DNA of 64,000 nucleotides from an uncultured Nitrospiraceae bacterium (GTDB lineage: Bacteria; Nitrospirota; Nitrospiria; Nitrospirales; UBA2166), in the NCBI GenBank assembly GCA_964463965.1, contig CAYXED010000006.1, positions 49,920-113,919 on the forward strand. The letters are read 5' to 3'. A program made the translations under genes and the position numbers. Below, one piece after another: positions 1 to 9,586 of this stretch. Under the pieces are notes generated by a model that was not told the origin of the DNA, ran no database searches, and worked only from the letters and a program-made list of their open reading frames with translations. Position 1 is the stretch's first letter, and each line of letters opens with the position of its first letter.

Positions 1-744
1 TTTCTTGCTGGGCATATTCCAGGAGCGGTACAGACAGAGTGGCGTGCTTTTGCCGATCCTGATTCCAATATTAAAGGCCTTCTTCATCCAGATACAGGAT
101 TGTTGGAAAAACTGGTCGGTGAATTGGGAATTGGGAATAACGATGAGGTAATTGTTTATACTGATCCGTTTGATTCATGGGGCTCTGATGGGAGAATATA
201 TTGGATGCTTTCTTATCTCGGGCATGAGAGTGTGAAAGTTTTGGATGGTGGGTGGGTAAAGTGGAAGAGAGAAAATAAAAAAACTGAACTAGGGTTTTCT
301 CGCCCTGTTGTAAAAAAATTTAAAGTAGCCTTGAAGCCAGAGCTTGTTATTTTTAAACATGAGATGAAGATGTTAATTGATTCACGTATGAAAGATAAAT
401 CAATGACTTCTAGCGCGGTGATCGATGCACGAAGTTTGGAGGAGTATAATGGAGCGATGGGCCCTGGTATTCCGCGTGGTGGCCATGTTCCTTCAGCAAT
501 AAATATTCCATGGGATAGTTTTTTTAATGAAGATGCGTCGATCAAGTCTATGGAGGAAATCCAGCAGATCTTAGAAAAACATGACTTGAGAAAAGATCAG
601 GAAATTATTTGCTATTGCACTGGTGGTGTGCGATCAGCATGGTTGTTAGCTATTCTTCACTCTGTAGGCTATGGGCAGGTCAAAAACTATACCGGTTCGT
701 GGTGGGAGTGGAGTAAAGATGATACGTTACCCATTGAAATATAA
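1..744 (+). CDS. Rhodanese-domain sulfurtransferase (tandem rhodanese-like domains); 5' end lies outside the window
   Basis: Frame 1 is open from base 1 (FLAGHIPGAVQTEW...) into the listed 100..744 ORF. The C-terminal domain carries the catalytic loop CYCTGGVRS (CxxGxRS) of rhodanese/thiosulfate sulfurtransferases. Confidence 0.85.
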   Translation, partial: FLAGHIPGAVQTEWRAFADPDSNIKGLLHPDTGLLEKLVGELGIGNNDEVIVYTDPFDSWGSDGRIYWMLSYLGHESVKVLDGGWVKWKRENKKTELGFSRPVVKKFKVALKPELVIFKHEMKMLIDSRMKDKSMTSSAVIDARSLEEYNGAMGPGIPRGGHVPSAINIPWDSFFNEDASIKSMEEIQQILEKHDLRKDQEIICYCTGGVRSAWLLAILHSVGYGQVKNYTGSWWEWSKDDTLPIEI

Positions 745-773
745 CAACAACCTGTTTAGTGAGGAGTAGAGAG

Positions 774-986
774 ATGCAACAAGGCAGCGTTGGTAGGAAG
801 CTTGTGAAAGTTATGCGGGGCTCCATGATGTTGTGTGATAGTTGCTATGAAGCCGTTGAAGAGGAAAAACTTATGGATGCTAAAAAATACGTGACTGACT
901 ATCACTCGTTGTTTGATACAATTTGCCCAGGGTGTGATGATCTAAATCGCCCTTTGGTTGATGATATGCTAGGGAGCTCAGAGTAA
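774..986 (+). CDS. Small Cys4 (CxxC...CxxC) zinc-ribbon-like protein, function unknown
   Basis: ATG 774 is preceded by GAGGAG at 761-766 (7-nt spacer), 30 nt after the rhodanese stop. 70 aa with CDSC and CPGC pairs. No family recognised. Confidence 0.45.
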   Translation: MQQGSVGRKLVKVMRGSMMLCDSCYEAVEEEKLMDAKKYVTDYHSLFDTICPGCDDLNRPLVDDMLGSSE

Positions 987-1098
987 GCCACTACTGATAT
1001 TTTGTTTTGGTGTGGTTCTCTCTTGTTTTATCAAGGTGCCCTTGGTAAGTGATCGATGAGTATTATTAAATCTTTTGAGTTACTTTGTTAAAACAGTA

Positions 1099-2988
1099 TC
1101 ATGATAACAAATGCCGTTTAAGAAATGCTTCGACTGAAACGTAAAATTTTTTTACAGTTTCTTTCTTTTTCCACCCATGCCCTTCCCCACTATAGAGATA
1201 GTATTCGTATGGTACTGAGTGTTTTTCTAGCGCTGTTATCATGCATTCTGCCTGATTTTTAGGGACAACTTTATCTTCATCTCCTTGGAAAATGACCAAT
1301 GCGTCTCTAATTGTGTGAGCCTTGAAAATTGGGGAACGTTCATGATAAGTCCTGTTGTACTCTGGTAACGGACCTAGAAGGGATTTGAGATAGTGTGATT
1401 CGAATTTGTGTGTTTCAGCATTGAGGGTAAAGAGGTTGGATATGCCGTATAGGCAAACTCCTGCTTTGAAAAACCCCGGATGATTTGTTAGCGCCTGCAA
1501 AACAGTATAGCCCCCAGCGCTTCCCCCCATGATTGCTATCCGTTCTCTGTTAGCAAGCCCATTATCAAAAAGGTGCTGGGCACCGCTTATAGCGTCTTCT
1601 ACATCATAAATGCCCCATTTGCCATTTAAAGAGTTACGGTATGCCTTTCCGTACCCTGTACTGCCACGGTAATTTACTTCAAGAACTGCATACCCGCGTG
1701 TTGCAAAGAATTGACTTGATGGGTTGAAACTACAGTCTCGTTGGCTAGTTGGTCCACCATGAATTTGTATTATTGCTGGTGGATGACCCTTGCCTTTGTA
1801 GTGAGGGTTTGTTGGAGGATAGTAGATTCCGTGTAGTTTTTCCCCAGTAGGCGTTTTCCATTCAATGGGTTCAGGTTGTGAAAGTTGTTTAGTTTGTATG
1901 TTTTTATCTGTGGCTTGAGCATGTACGTGTACCCCTGTCTGGTTAACATATGTGATGATTTGTTGGGGGGTTGTTCCTGATGATGCTATAACGGCAATCG
2001 CTGGTTTAGTCGGCGATATTGCAATCTGCATCAACGATGTATATTTGGTAAGTGCCTCAAGGGTATTTGTTTTTCCAGTGCTTACTTCAAGTATTCCGGA
2101 ATACCAGCGGCCTCGTTCATTTCGAACAAAATAAATATGTTGACCATCATGACTAAACCCGTATGTACGGCGTCCCTGCGTCCAAGCAGGTACTCCAAAT
2201 TCAGAGGGAATTTCAAAAAGGCACCGGTGGACTTTTTTCTTTAGATCATAGACCCATAGATTGCTCCATCCATTTTGATCAGAAATGTAAGCTAGGAGTG
2301 ATCCATCTGGAGAAAATGTTGGTTGAAAAATTGCAACGTCAATCTGTCCGGTAATAACTTGTGTTGTAAGAGGTCGTGGGAGATTTTCCTCCTGAGCTTT
2401 TGAGAGTGTTGCAATCACCAAGTATGTTCCTTCCCATGGCATCTGAGGATGATTCCATTCGATCCAAGATAGTTTTTCTCCTGAAGGGTGCCAAGTTGGT
2501 TGCATGTAAAAATCTGCTCCTGCAGTAAATTTTTGTGGCTGCAAATGCCCTTTAGAATCAATAATCATAAGTAAGTCAGTGTTTTGATGAGAGTGAACGT
2601 AGATCAAGTATTTTCCATCTGGAGAAAGACATGGAGAAGCAGCGCAACCCAGAGGAGGCAGCAGAGGTTTAGGTTCTCCATTTATTAAAGACTGGCGAAA
2701 AAGCTGGCCGGATGCTTCAGCAAAGTATACGTGTCCATGGCCAACTGTAAACTCTCCCCCGCCATATCCTACTTTTGCCTTTATCGACAGGGTGTTTGTG
2801 AGTTTTCTAGGTATAGGATTGTTGATGTTCATACAGTGGAGTATTCCTTGAGAAGATTCCTCTTCAAGCCACACAAGGGTATGGCCATCAGAATCCCATC
2901 CAACTTCTGTAAGTCGCTTGCCTTGTGATAGGTACTGTGGAGTTATCGGGCTTGGCCAGCGACCATAAGGTAGGGTTGTATTTGACAT
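1099..2988 (-). CDS. S9 family serine peptidase (prolyl oligopeptidase / acylaminoacyl-peptidase type): beta-propeller N-domain plus alpha/beta hydrolase C-domain
   Basis: 629-aa ORF. TolB-like propeller repeats (SPDGKYL, SPDGSLLAY) are followed by a hydrolase domain with nucleophile elbow GGSAGGY and a C-terminal GEGHGW motif. Confidence 0.85.
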   Translation of the reverse strand: MSNTTLPYGRWPSPITPQYLSQGKRLTEVGWDSDGHTLVWLEEESSQGILHCMNINNPIPRKLTNTLSIKAKVGYGGGEFTVGHGHVYFAEASGQLFRQSLINGEPKPLLPPLGCAASPCLSPDGKYLIYVHSHQNTDLLMIIDSKGHLQPQKFTAGADFYMQPTWHPSGEKLSWIEWNHPQMPWEGTYLVIATLSKAQEENLPRPLTTQVITGQIDVAIFQPTFSPDGSLLAYISDQNGWSNLWVYDLKKKVHRCLFEIPSEFGVPAWTQGRRTYGFSHDGQHIYFVRNERGRWYSGILEVSTGKTNTLEALTKYTSLMQIAISPTKPAIAVIASSGTTPQQIITYVNQTGVHVHAQATDKNIQTKQLSQPEPIEWKTPTGEKLHGIYYPPTNPHYKGKGHPPAIIQIHGGPTSQRDCSFNPSSQFFATRGYAVLEVNYRGSTGYGKAYRNSLNGKWGIYDVEDAISGAQHLFDNGLANRERIAIMGGSAGGYTVLQALTNHPGFFKAGVCLYGISNLFTLNAETHKFESHYLKSLLGPLPEYNRTYHERSPIFKAHTIRDALVIFQGDEDKVVPKNQAECMITALEKHSVPYEYYLYSGEGHGWKKKETVKKFYVSVEAFLKRHLLS

Positions 2989-3009
2989 AAAGGGGTTATG
3001 GGTGGTGGG

Positions 3010-4683
3010 TTAAGTCTTTTTTGCAAGCTCTTCTTCTCGTAGAGCTCTCCGTAAAACTTTTCCGACAAGGTTTTTTGGCAATGTAGTACGGAATTCTACC
3101 CAACGTGGGATCTTGAACTTTGCGAGGTTCTCTCGGCAAAAGGCAATAATTTCTGCATTCGAAGCCTGCTGGCCGTCTTTGAGAACAATGTATGCTTTTA
3201 TGGCTTCATCTCGCAAACTATGTGGGAGTCCGACAACTACAACGTCTTTAACTTTTGGGTGACGGAATAGTACTTCTTCCACTTCACGAGGATAGACGTT
3301 CTCCCCCCCAGATTTGATCATGTCCTTTTTCCGATCAACGATGTAGAAGAAACCGGCTTCGTCGATTGACGCAGAATCTCCGGTATATAACCACCCATTT
3401 CTAAGAGTGTTGTTTGTTTCTTCTGGCTTATTCCAATATCCGAGCATCACTTGTGGCCCCGAGATAATTAGTTCTCCAATTTCTTTAGTATCAACTTCTC
3501 TGGTTCCAGTTTCGAGGTCGACAATGCGAGCAAGGGTATCTGGGAGTGGTATCCCGATAGAACCTTTCTTTCGAATTCCTCGGCATGGGTTGCAGTGAGT
3601 CACGGGAGCGCTTTCTGTTAGGCCATACCCTTCCACAAGCTTTGCACTTGTCAGATCCTCAAATTGACTTTGAACTTCTGCATGTAATGGGCCTGCTCCA
3701 CTCATGCAGACCTTTAAAGAGGACAAGTCAAAATTTAAAGCTTTAGGATGGTTATTTATGGCAATAAACATGGCTTGAATGCCACAGAATACTGTGGCGC
3801 GGTATTTTTCTATAGTTCTCAAAACCTCATCTGCTTGAAATTTTGGTAGCAGAATCTGTGTACCTCCTATCGCAATAGAGAGGTTTTGGGAAGTGCTCAT
3901 TCCATAAGCATGGAAGTAGGGAAGTACTCCCATAAACACTTCTTCGCCTGGTTTTAGATCTGTCATCCAATGGCGGCATTGTAATGTGTTGGCAACAATA
4001 TTTGCATGGGTAAGCATTACACCTTTTGACAGGCCAGTTGTACCTCCAGTGTATTGTAATAGTGCAAGATCATTTGGGTTGATATCAAAGTTTGGATGTT
4101 TTGGTGTTGAGGATTTAAGTAACTTAGCAAAGTCATATACTGGGGGTTTTATTTTAATTTTAACCCATTGTTTGTTTTTTTTAGCTTTTATGGGATAGAG
4201 AAGGCGGAGTATGGTGGGTAAATAGTCGCTAATTTTAGTAATGATAACAGATTGAAGTAATGTTTTTGGCTTGACGTTCCAAACTTTCTCATAAAATAGA
4301 TCAAGAGCAAGTATAGCAGTGCTTCCAGAGTCTATGAGTTGGTGCTCCAGCTCACGTTCAACGTATAGCGGGTTAACATGTACAATGCGTGCGCCAATTT
4401 TCAGAATTCCATAGTATGCAATAATGGTCTGAGGAATGTTTGGAAGCATGATTGCAACACGATCTTCCCGCTTAATACCAAGCTCCAGCAGAGCCTGTGC
4501 AAACCGATTGGATTCATTGTCGAGTGTCCGGTAGGTTATTTCTTTCCCGTAGAAGACAATTGCAGGTTTTTCAGGGTATTGTAAGGTAGATTCTTGTAGA
4601 AAGCTTAGTATTGTTGAGTTTGGATAGTTAATATTATGTGGTACGTTCGGTTCGTATTGTGAAAACCAGATGGGATTGCTCAT
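3010..4683 (-). CDS. fadD: Long-chain-fatty-acid--CoA ligase / AMP-dependent acyl-CoA synthetase
   Basis: 557 aa. AMP-binding signature YTGGTTGLSKGV, then GYGLTE and the YTGD...GFFYIVDRKKD motifs. AGGAG lies upstream of ATG 4683. Confidence 0.88.
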   Translation of the reverse strand: MSNPIWFSQYEPNVPHNINYPNSTILSFLQESTLQYPEKPAIVFYGKEITYRTLDNESNRFAQALLELGIKREDRVAIMLPNIPQTIIAYYGILKIGARIVHVNPLYVERELEHQLIDSGSTAILALDLFYEKVWNVKPKTLLQSVIITKISDYLPTILRLLYPIKAKKNKQWVKIKIKPPVYDFAKLLKSSTPKHPNFDINPNDLALLQYTGGTTGLSKGVMLTHANIVANTLQCRHWMTDLKPGEEVFMGVLPYFHAYGMSTSQNLSIAIGGTQILLPKFQADEVLRTIEKYRATVFCGIQAMFIAINNHPKALNFDLSSLKVCMSGAGPLHAEVQSQFEDLTSAKLVEGYGLTESAPVTHCNPCRGIRKKGSIGIPLPDTLARIVDLETGTREVDTKEIGELIISGPQVMLGYWNKPEETNNTLRNGWLYTGDSASIDEAGFFYIVDRKKDMIKSGGENVYPREVEEVLFRHPKVKDVVVVGLPHSLRDEAIKAYIVLKDGQQASNAEIIAFCRENLAKFKIPRWVEFRTTLPKNLVGKVLRRALREEELAKKT

Positions 4684-4871
4684 CGTTGTGCTCCTAGGCG
4701 AGAATTAGCTTCCAGATTGTACGCTACGTTTTTTTGTATTCGCAAGTGATCCAGGATAATTATGTGTTGAAGATTCCTCTTCTCCTTCTACGAATGGTAG
4801 TATTTTGACTGTTTCTAATACAATTTAAGAATTTAAAGAGTATTTTGGAAGGCTGCTATAATCTTTTCACC

Positions 4872-6110
4872 ATGAAAAAAAACTATGATGTCATTATTGT
4901 TGGAGGTGGGGGAGGAGGTGCGATTTTAGCACTCTTCCTTGCTAGACATGGGGTAAATGTATTGATTTTGGAACGCAATAAAGACCAGCATAACGATTTT
5001 CGGAGTGAAATTCTTCATCCTAATGGGCAAAAGATTCTTCATGAACTTGGAATCCTTGATTCCTTGTCAAGTAGTGTTATATATCCAACCTATCAATTTG
5101 ATTTTTTCAGAATTGGAGCAGGTCGTCTGTGCACATTTGATTATCGTGATTTGCCTGTGCCTCACAACGTTGCGCTCACCACATTTTCTTGCCCGCTTCA
5201 TCTATCTGTGTTGGATGCTATTGCTCAAGAAGAGACATTAACTATTTTATACGGGGCTTGTTTTAAAAAGCTTATTTATGATCATGATACAGTTGCTGGG
5301 GTAGTTGTAGAGTTGGATGATCAGATTTATGAAGTGCATGCTCAATTGGTTGTTGGGGCGGATGGAGTTGCCTCTGAAGTACGAAGAGCATTGCGGATTA
5401 ATGCGGAAGTATATCAATACCCTGAAGGGTATCTATTGGGTATTCTAGAGAGGCCACCTGGTTTTGAACATCGCTCAAGTTACTACATTGGGAAAGGCGA
5501 AATTTTTGGTCTTCTTCCTGTACCAAACGACCAACTATATTATTTTTACTTGTTACCCAATGCTGTGCGAGCAGATTTAGATGAGGAGGGATTTGAGCAA
5601 ATTAAAGACTCTATGATTAATATTGAACCAAGGCTTGCTGGATATACTAAGGGGTTAACACATCTTGGGCAGACACTTTTTCGACCATGTTTTCGTGTTC
5701 GTGCGAGATCGTGGGTTGCAAATGGGGCTGTTCTTATTGGGGATGCTGCACACGCTATGAATCCTCATGTTTCACAAGGTCGTATGCAAGCAATGCAAGA
5801 TGCTCAGGTTCTTGCGAAAGTCGTGCTAGATTGTTTGAATCGTGGGGACTGCTCAGCTTCTTTACTAAAGGTATTTGAGAGGGAGCGGCGACCACATGTT
5901 GAGATGCTTCAGAGGTTGGGAGATGAACAAACATTTTTTTGGAATTCAAGGTATTCTTCAATTCACTGGATTGTTGATCGTGTCTTGAAAAAGCTGGATC
6001 ATAACGAAAGGTTACGCTTTCAGGTTATGGAGACTACAGCGGGCCTACGAGATAAGCCTCCTTTTAATTTTACCGATCGACTACTTGCAGCTGGACTTTT
6101 GCCAGATTAA
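4872..6110 (+). CDS. FAD-dependent monooxygenase (UbiH/Coq6-like flavoprotein)
   Basis: Dinucleotide fold YDVIIVGGGGGGA at the N-terminus and the GDAAHAMNPHVSQG FAD-contact motif. ATG 4872 is preferred over the in-frame TTG 4845 because it places the Rossmann motif at residue 5. Confidence 0.8.
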   Translation: MKKNYDVIIVGGGGGGAILALFLARHGVNVLILERNKDQHNDFRSEILHPNGQKILHELGILDSLSSSVIYPTYQFDFFRIGAGRLCTFDYRDLPVPHNVALTTFSCPLHLSVLDAIAQEETLTILYGACFKKLIYDHDTVAGVVVELDDQIYEVHAQLVVGADGVASEVRRALRINAEVYQYPEGYLLGILERPPGFEHRSSYYIGKGEIFGLLPVPNDQLYYFYLLPNAVRADLDEEGFEQIKDSMINIEPRLAGYTKGLTHLGQTLFRPCFRVRARSWVANGAVLIGDAAHAMNPHVSQGRMQAMQDAQVLAKVVLDCLNRGDCSASLLKVFERERRPHVEMLQRLGDEQTFFWNSRYSSIHWIVDRVLKKLDHNERLRFQVMETTAGLRDKPPFNFTDRLLAAGLLPD

Positions 6111-6136
6111 GACTCAAAAGTGAGGGTGTATTAGGG

Positions 6137-6700
6137 ATGCCCAGCAATAGCAGAAAAGTTAATTCTACAATATTGAGAGGTATTGCTCTTGCCATATTGA
6201 TGCTCTTTGGATTGGGTGTGTGGGGTTATGATGACTTGCGTGTGATAAAAGGTTTAGACGTTCAACAAGAAAAGAGTTGGACAATTATTGAAGGACTATT
6301 TCAAGAACGGATAGACGGCATGCTTGAGATCCGTGAGATTATCAAGGAAGAAGCTCCGTATGAGACATCCATTATTAGTGAGCTTGCTTATGCAAAAGTG
6401 ATGTTCGATGGGGCAAAAAACCGTGCTGCTAAAATTGAATCATATAACGAGACTGAGCTGTCTCGGATGAGTTTGCCTGTATTTATGTATAATATTGAAC
6501 GTCTAAACGCACATCCTCTGTTGGGTGGAATGATTGAGCGTCTTGAGATTCTTGCAACGAGAATTGATTATGAACGGCTTAACTACAATCAGGTAGCTCA
6601 AACATACAATACAAGATTATTAGCTTTTCCAGTGAATATTGGAGTGAGGCTGTTGAAGATTGATCCGCTGCCTTTGTTTCGGTTACGAGGAGAGTACTGA
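6137..6700 (+). CDS. lemA: LemA family membrane protein
   Basis: 187 aa. N-terminal TM helix, then LemA-like helical repeats ending in YNQVAQTYNTRLLAFPVNI. Confidence 0.78.
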   Translation: MPSNSRKVNSTILRGIALAILMLFGLGVWGYDDLRVIKGLDVQQEKSWTIIEGLFQERIDGMLEIREIIKEEAPYETSIISELAYAKVMFDGAKNRAAKIESYNETELSRMSLPVFMYNIERLNAHPLLGGMIERLEILATRIDYERLNYNQVAQTYNTRLLAFPVNIGVRLLKIDPLPLFRLRGEY

Positions 6701-6747
6701 GTTCTACCGTGGTTGGTGATGGCAGTGTACAGGGATTTTGTTGAAGC

Positions 6748-7005
6748 TCACATTTTAATCTTTTTTACAAAACTCTTAAAAACCTGTCTGGTCCCATCGG
6801 TTTCTTCTTCTAGACCTAAAAACTCCTGCCCTGTCGTTTCGCACCATGCCGGCATGTCTTGCTTGATTCCTTCATCATCAGATAGTACCTCTAGTACTTT
6901 GCCCATCTCAAGCTGCTTAAATCGTTTCGAAGTCATAATGATTGGCATTGGGCAAAACATTCCTAATGTATCGAGCTGTTCATCTGATTGAAATGGCGCT
7001 TCCAC
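6748..7005 (-). CDS. tusA: TusA/SirA-type sulfur carrier protein
   Basis: 85 aa with the diagnostic LDTLGMFCPMPII (CPxP) active-site motif. GTG start is preceded by AGAGAGG. It lies 17 nt downstream of the DsrE-like gene on the same strand. Confidence 0.88.
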   Translation of the reverse strand: MEAPFQSDEQLDTLGMFCPMPIIMTSKRFKQLEMGKVLEVLSDDEGIKQDMPAWCETTGQEFLGLEEETDGTRQVFKSFVKKIKM

Positions 7006-7022
7006 TTAATGCCTCTCTAATA

Positions 7023-7565
7023 TTAGATAAATAGGTTTACACTTCCATTTTTTGCTTCTGCTAGGTAAGTAGCGACACCCGCATACTGATCGACATTCTC
7101 AATCAGGGTGTCTTTGGTTACTCCTAGTAGTCCCATTGTTGTTGTACAGGCGATATATCGGACACCCAATTCCTGAGCTGTATCCATCAATTCAGGTATT
7201 CCAGGCATTTTATTTTGTCGCATCACTTTTTTCATCATAGCCGTTCCTGCACCCAAAAAGTGAAACTTTGATAGTGGAAGAGTGTCCGCCCCACCACGAT
7301 TCAAAATCCCAAATAAACGCCTTAGCCAATCTTTGGCTTTTGATGCTCTGCCTCTTTGCCGCAGTATGTTGAGCCCCCAGAAGGTAAAGAACATCGTGAC
7401 TTTCATCCCCATTGATGCAGCACCCGTAGCAATGATAAAAGCTGCCATGGCTTTGTCCATATCCCCACTTAGGCAAACAATCGTTACGCTTTCAGGCTTT
7501 GTTTCTTGAAGACTTCTAAGCGTTGTTTCTGGCGAAGGTACAGGGGTTGTCATTGTTGTCATCAT
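7023..7565 (-). CDS. DsrE/DsrF-like sulfur-relay family protein (DsrE3-like, formerly annotated as 'peroxiredoxin family')
   Basis: 180 aa. Shows the VTIVCLSGDMDKAMAAFIIATGAASMG...FFTFWG pattern of the long DsrE-like family and a conserved Cys in YIACTTTMG. A perfect SD (AAGGAGGTGAT) lies directly upstream. Confidence 0.8.
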   Translation of the reverse strand: MMTTMTTPVPSPETTLRSLQETKPESVTIVCLSGDMDKAMAAFIIATGAASMGMKVTMFFTFWGLNILRQRGRASKAKDWLRRLFGILNRGGADTLPLSKFHFLGAGTAMMKKVMRQNKMPGIPELMDTAQELGVRYIACTTTMGLLGVTKDTLIENVDQYAGVATYLAEAKNGSVNLFI

Positions 7566-7870
7566 ATCACCTCCTTGGTGCTATTGTGCTGGTGCGATTT
7601 ATTAGTTGCCAGCAAGCCCAGGAAAGACATCTTGTACAGAGAATAGTAGCGTGGTTTTTCTATTGTCAAGTAAATACGTGTTTGATGCTCAATCTTGTCA
7701 AGTTATTCAGGTGTGGTCAGTTAAACCTTACTGTCAAAATTTGCCTTGCCGTTAGTGCTTACAGTTTTTGTGATATTGCTTAAATATGAGGAAATGGTTT
7801 ACGTTTTGGTAATCTTGATGTCCATCGTAATCCTTGTTAGGGTGCGAGGTAAAATTATTTAGAGGAACTG

Positions 7871-8650
7871 GTGAAACAATTAGATCGATATATCTCTGTG
7901 GGAGTTGAAGCTGCTCAAGAAGGAGGCCAAGTCCTTTTGGATTGGATGGAAAAAGGTTTTACCATTGAATACAAAGGTGTAATGGATTTGGTTACAGATG
8001 CAGATCGGGCTGCAGAACAAGTGATTATTGACCGTATTATTTCAGTATTTCCTGACCATCAAGTTCTTGCTGAAGAAGGGGGGGCATCTTCAAGTAAGGC
8101 GTCGCCTTACAAATGGGTCATTGACCCCTTAGATGGCACCACAAATTACGCACATAGGTTTCCAGCATTTTGTGTTTCAATTGGGTTAGAAATTGATGGA
8201 GTTGTTTCTGTTGGCGTCGTCTTTGACCCAATGCGTAAAGAGCTTTTTGTTGCAGCAAAGGGTAGAGGTGCGACATGTAATGGTGAATCCATCTCTGTCT
8301 CTCAAGCCCCTACTTTAAATGAAGCATTACTAGTTACTGGTTTTTCCTACGATGTACGTCAAGATAAGACCGACAATAATTTTAACTTTTTTCGTGGTTT
8401 TGTGAAGCAAGCTCAGGGAGTGCGCCGAACGGGTTCTGCTGCAATTGATCTGTGTTACGTTGCAATGGGTCGGTTTGATGGGTTTTGGGAAATGAAACTA
8501 TCGCCATGGGACGTTGCTGCTGGGAGCCTGATGGTTACTGAAGCGGGTGGGCTAATTAGTGATTTTTATGGAACCCCATTTTCAATTTATGGAGGTCAGT
8601 TGGTTGCTAGTAATGGGCGTATACACAAGGAGATGCTTGCGCTGTTTTAG
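7871..8650 (+). CDS. suhB: Inositol monophosphatase family protein
   Basis: Metal-binding motifs LAEEGG and WVIDPLDGTTNY, plus the C-terminal WDVAAG motif. GTG start with AGAGGA upstream. Confidence 0.88.
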   Translation: MKQLDRYISVGVEAAQEGGQVLLDWMEKGFTIEYKGVMDLVTDADRAAEQVIIDRIISVFPDHQVLAEEGGASSSKASPYKWVIDPLDGTTNYAHRFPAFCVSIGLEIDGVVSVGVVFDPMRKELFVAAKGRGATCNGESISVSQAPTLNEALLVTGFSYDVRQDKTDNNFNFFRGFVKQAQGVRRTGSAAIDLCYVAMGRFDGFWEMKLSPWDVAAGSLMVTEAGGLISDFYGTPFSIYGGQLVASNGRIHKEMLALF

Positions 8651-8665
8651 GAAGAGGCCAAGTGA

Positions 8666-9586
8666 CTAGATATTTTTAAATGGAGAGGGTACAAAGCAAA
8701 CTATGAAAATCAGGGCTGTCACCCATCCTATTATTTGACGTGTTAAGTCCAATGGAATGTATTCGTCTTGTACTGACGGGTGGCGAATTCCAATGAGTAA
8801 AGGCAGGAGGGCCCATAGAATCCATCCCTGCCAGCCGGGTGCTCCAGGCAATGATTCCATCCACGGATAGATTGTCGTAAGAATGTTTAATGCCCCAAGG
8901 TATAGAAGTAAGGGGAGAATGAGTATTGCAGCTATCAGGGCTTGGCGGTTTCCAAACATTGCATAGGCTATATGCCCTCCATCCAGTTGCCCAATAGGAA
9001 TTAGGTTTAATGCTGTAATAAATAATCCTACCCACCCGGCAAACGCAATGGGATGTAGAACGATGTCGTAATGATCTGGAATGTTTCCAATTACTATCTG
9101 ACTAATTATATCAAAAAGGATAGGCTCCCCAAGTTGTATTCCCACCACACCGTCTATAGCGACAATACTAGAAAACCGTAGCCCAACGCATATTGCAATT
9201 ACTGCGAATATGAATCCAACAATTGGGCCTGAAACGCCGATGTCAAATAATGCGCGTTTTCGAAGTATTGGGCCTTTTATCTTAATCATAGCGCCAAAAG
9301 TTCCAATGAAGAGTGGAATGCCTGGAATAAAATAAGGCAATGTTGCTGGGACTTTGTGCCATCTTGCGGCAAAGTAGTGACCCATCTCATGTGTGAGTAG
9401 AATAAGGAGCAGGGTTATAGAAAATGGCATGCCTTGAATGAGGGAAGAGGGTGTTTTAAATGGATTTGCTCCCGCTTGAACTGCTCCGGCAGAAAGTGTA
9501 GTCAGAACTGTAAGCAGAAAGAGTGTCGTGTGAACTTTCCCATGCGTGTAGAGATGATGGAGACAGTACGGTATTTTGTTCAGCAT
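8666..9586 (-). CDS. M50 family (site-2 protease-like) membrane metallopeptidase
   Basis: Polytopic 306-aa protein with HEMGHYFAA (HExxH) and the second motif NLIPIGQLDGGH. Confidence 0.82.
   Translation of the reverse strand: MLNKIPYCLHHLYTHGKVHTTLFLLTVLTTLSAGAVQAGANPFKTPSSLIQGMPFSITLLLILLTHEMGHYFAARWHKVPATLPYFIPGIPLFIGTFGAMIKIKGPILRKRALFDIGVSGPIVGFIFAVIAICVGLRFSSIVAIDGVVGIQLGEPILFDIISQIVIGNIPDHYDIVLHPIAFAGWVGLFITALNLIPIGQLDGGHIAYAMFGNRQALIAAILILPLLLYLGALNILTTIYPWMESLPGAPGWQGWILWALLPLLIGIRHPSVQDEYIPLDLTRQIIGWVTALIFIVCFVPSPFKNI

Noticed and set aside
6713-6991. 92-aa + strand ORF between lemA and the dsrE-tusA pair
   Set aside because: It is antisense to tusA, whose CPxP motif and SD make it the real gene.
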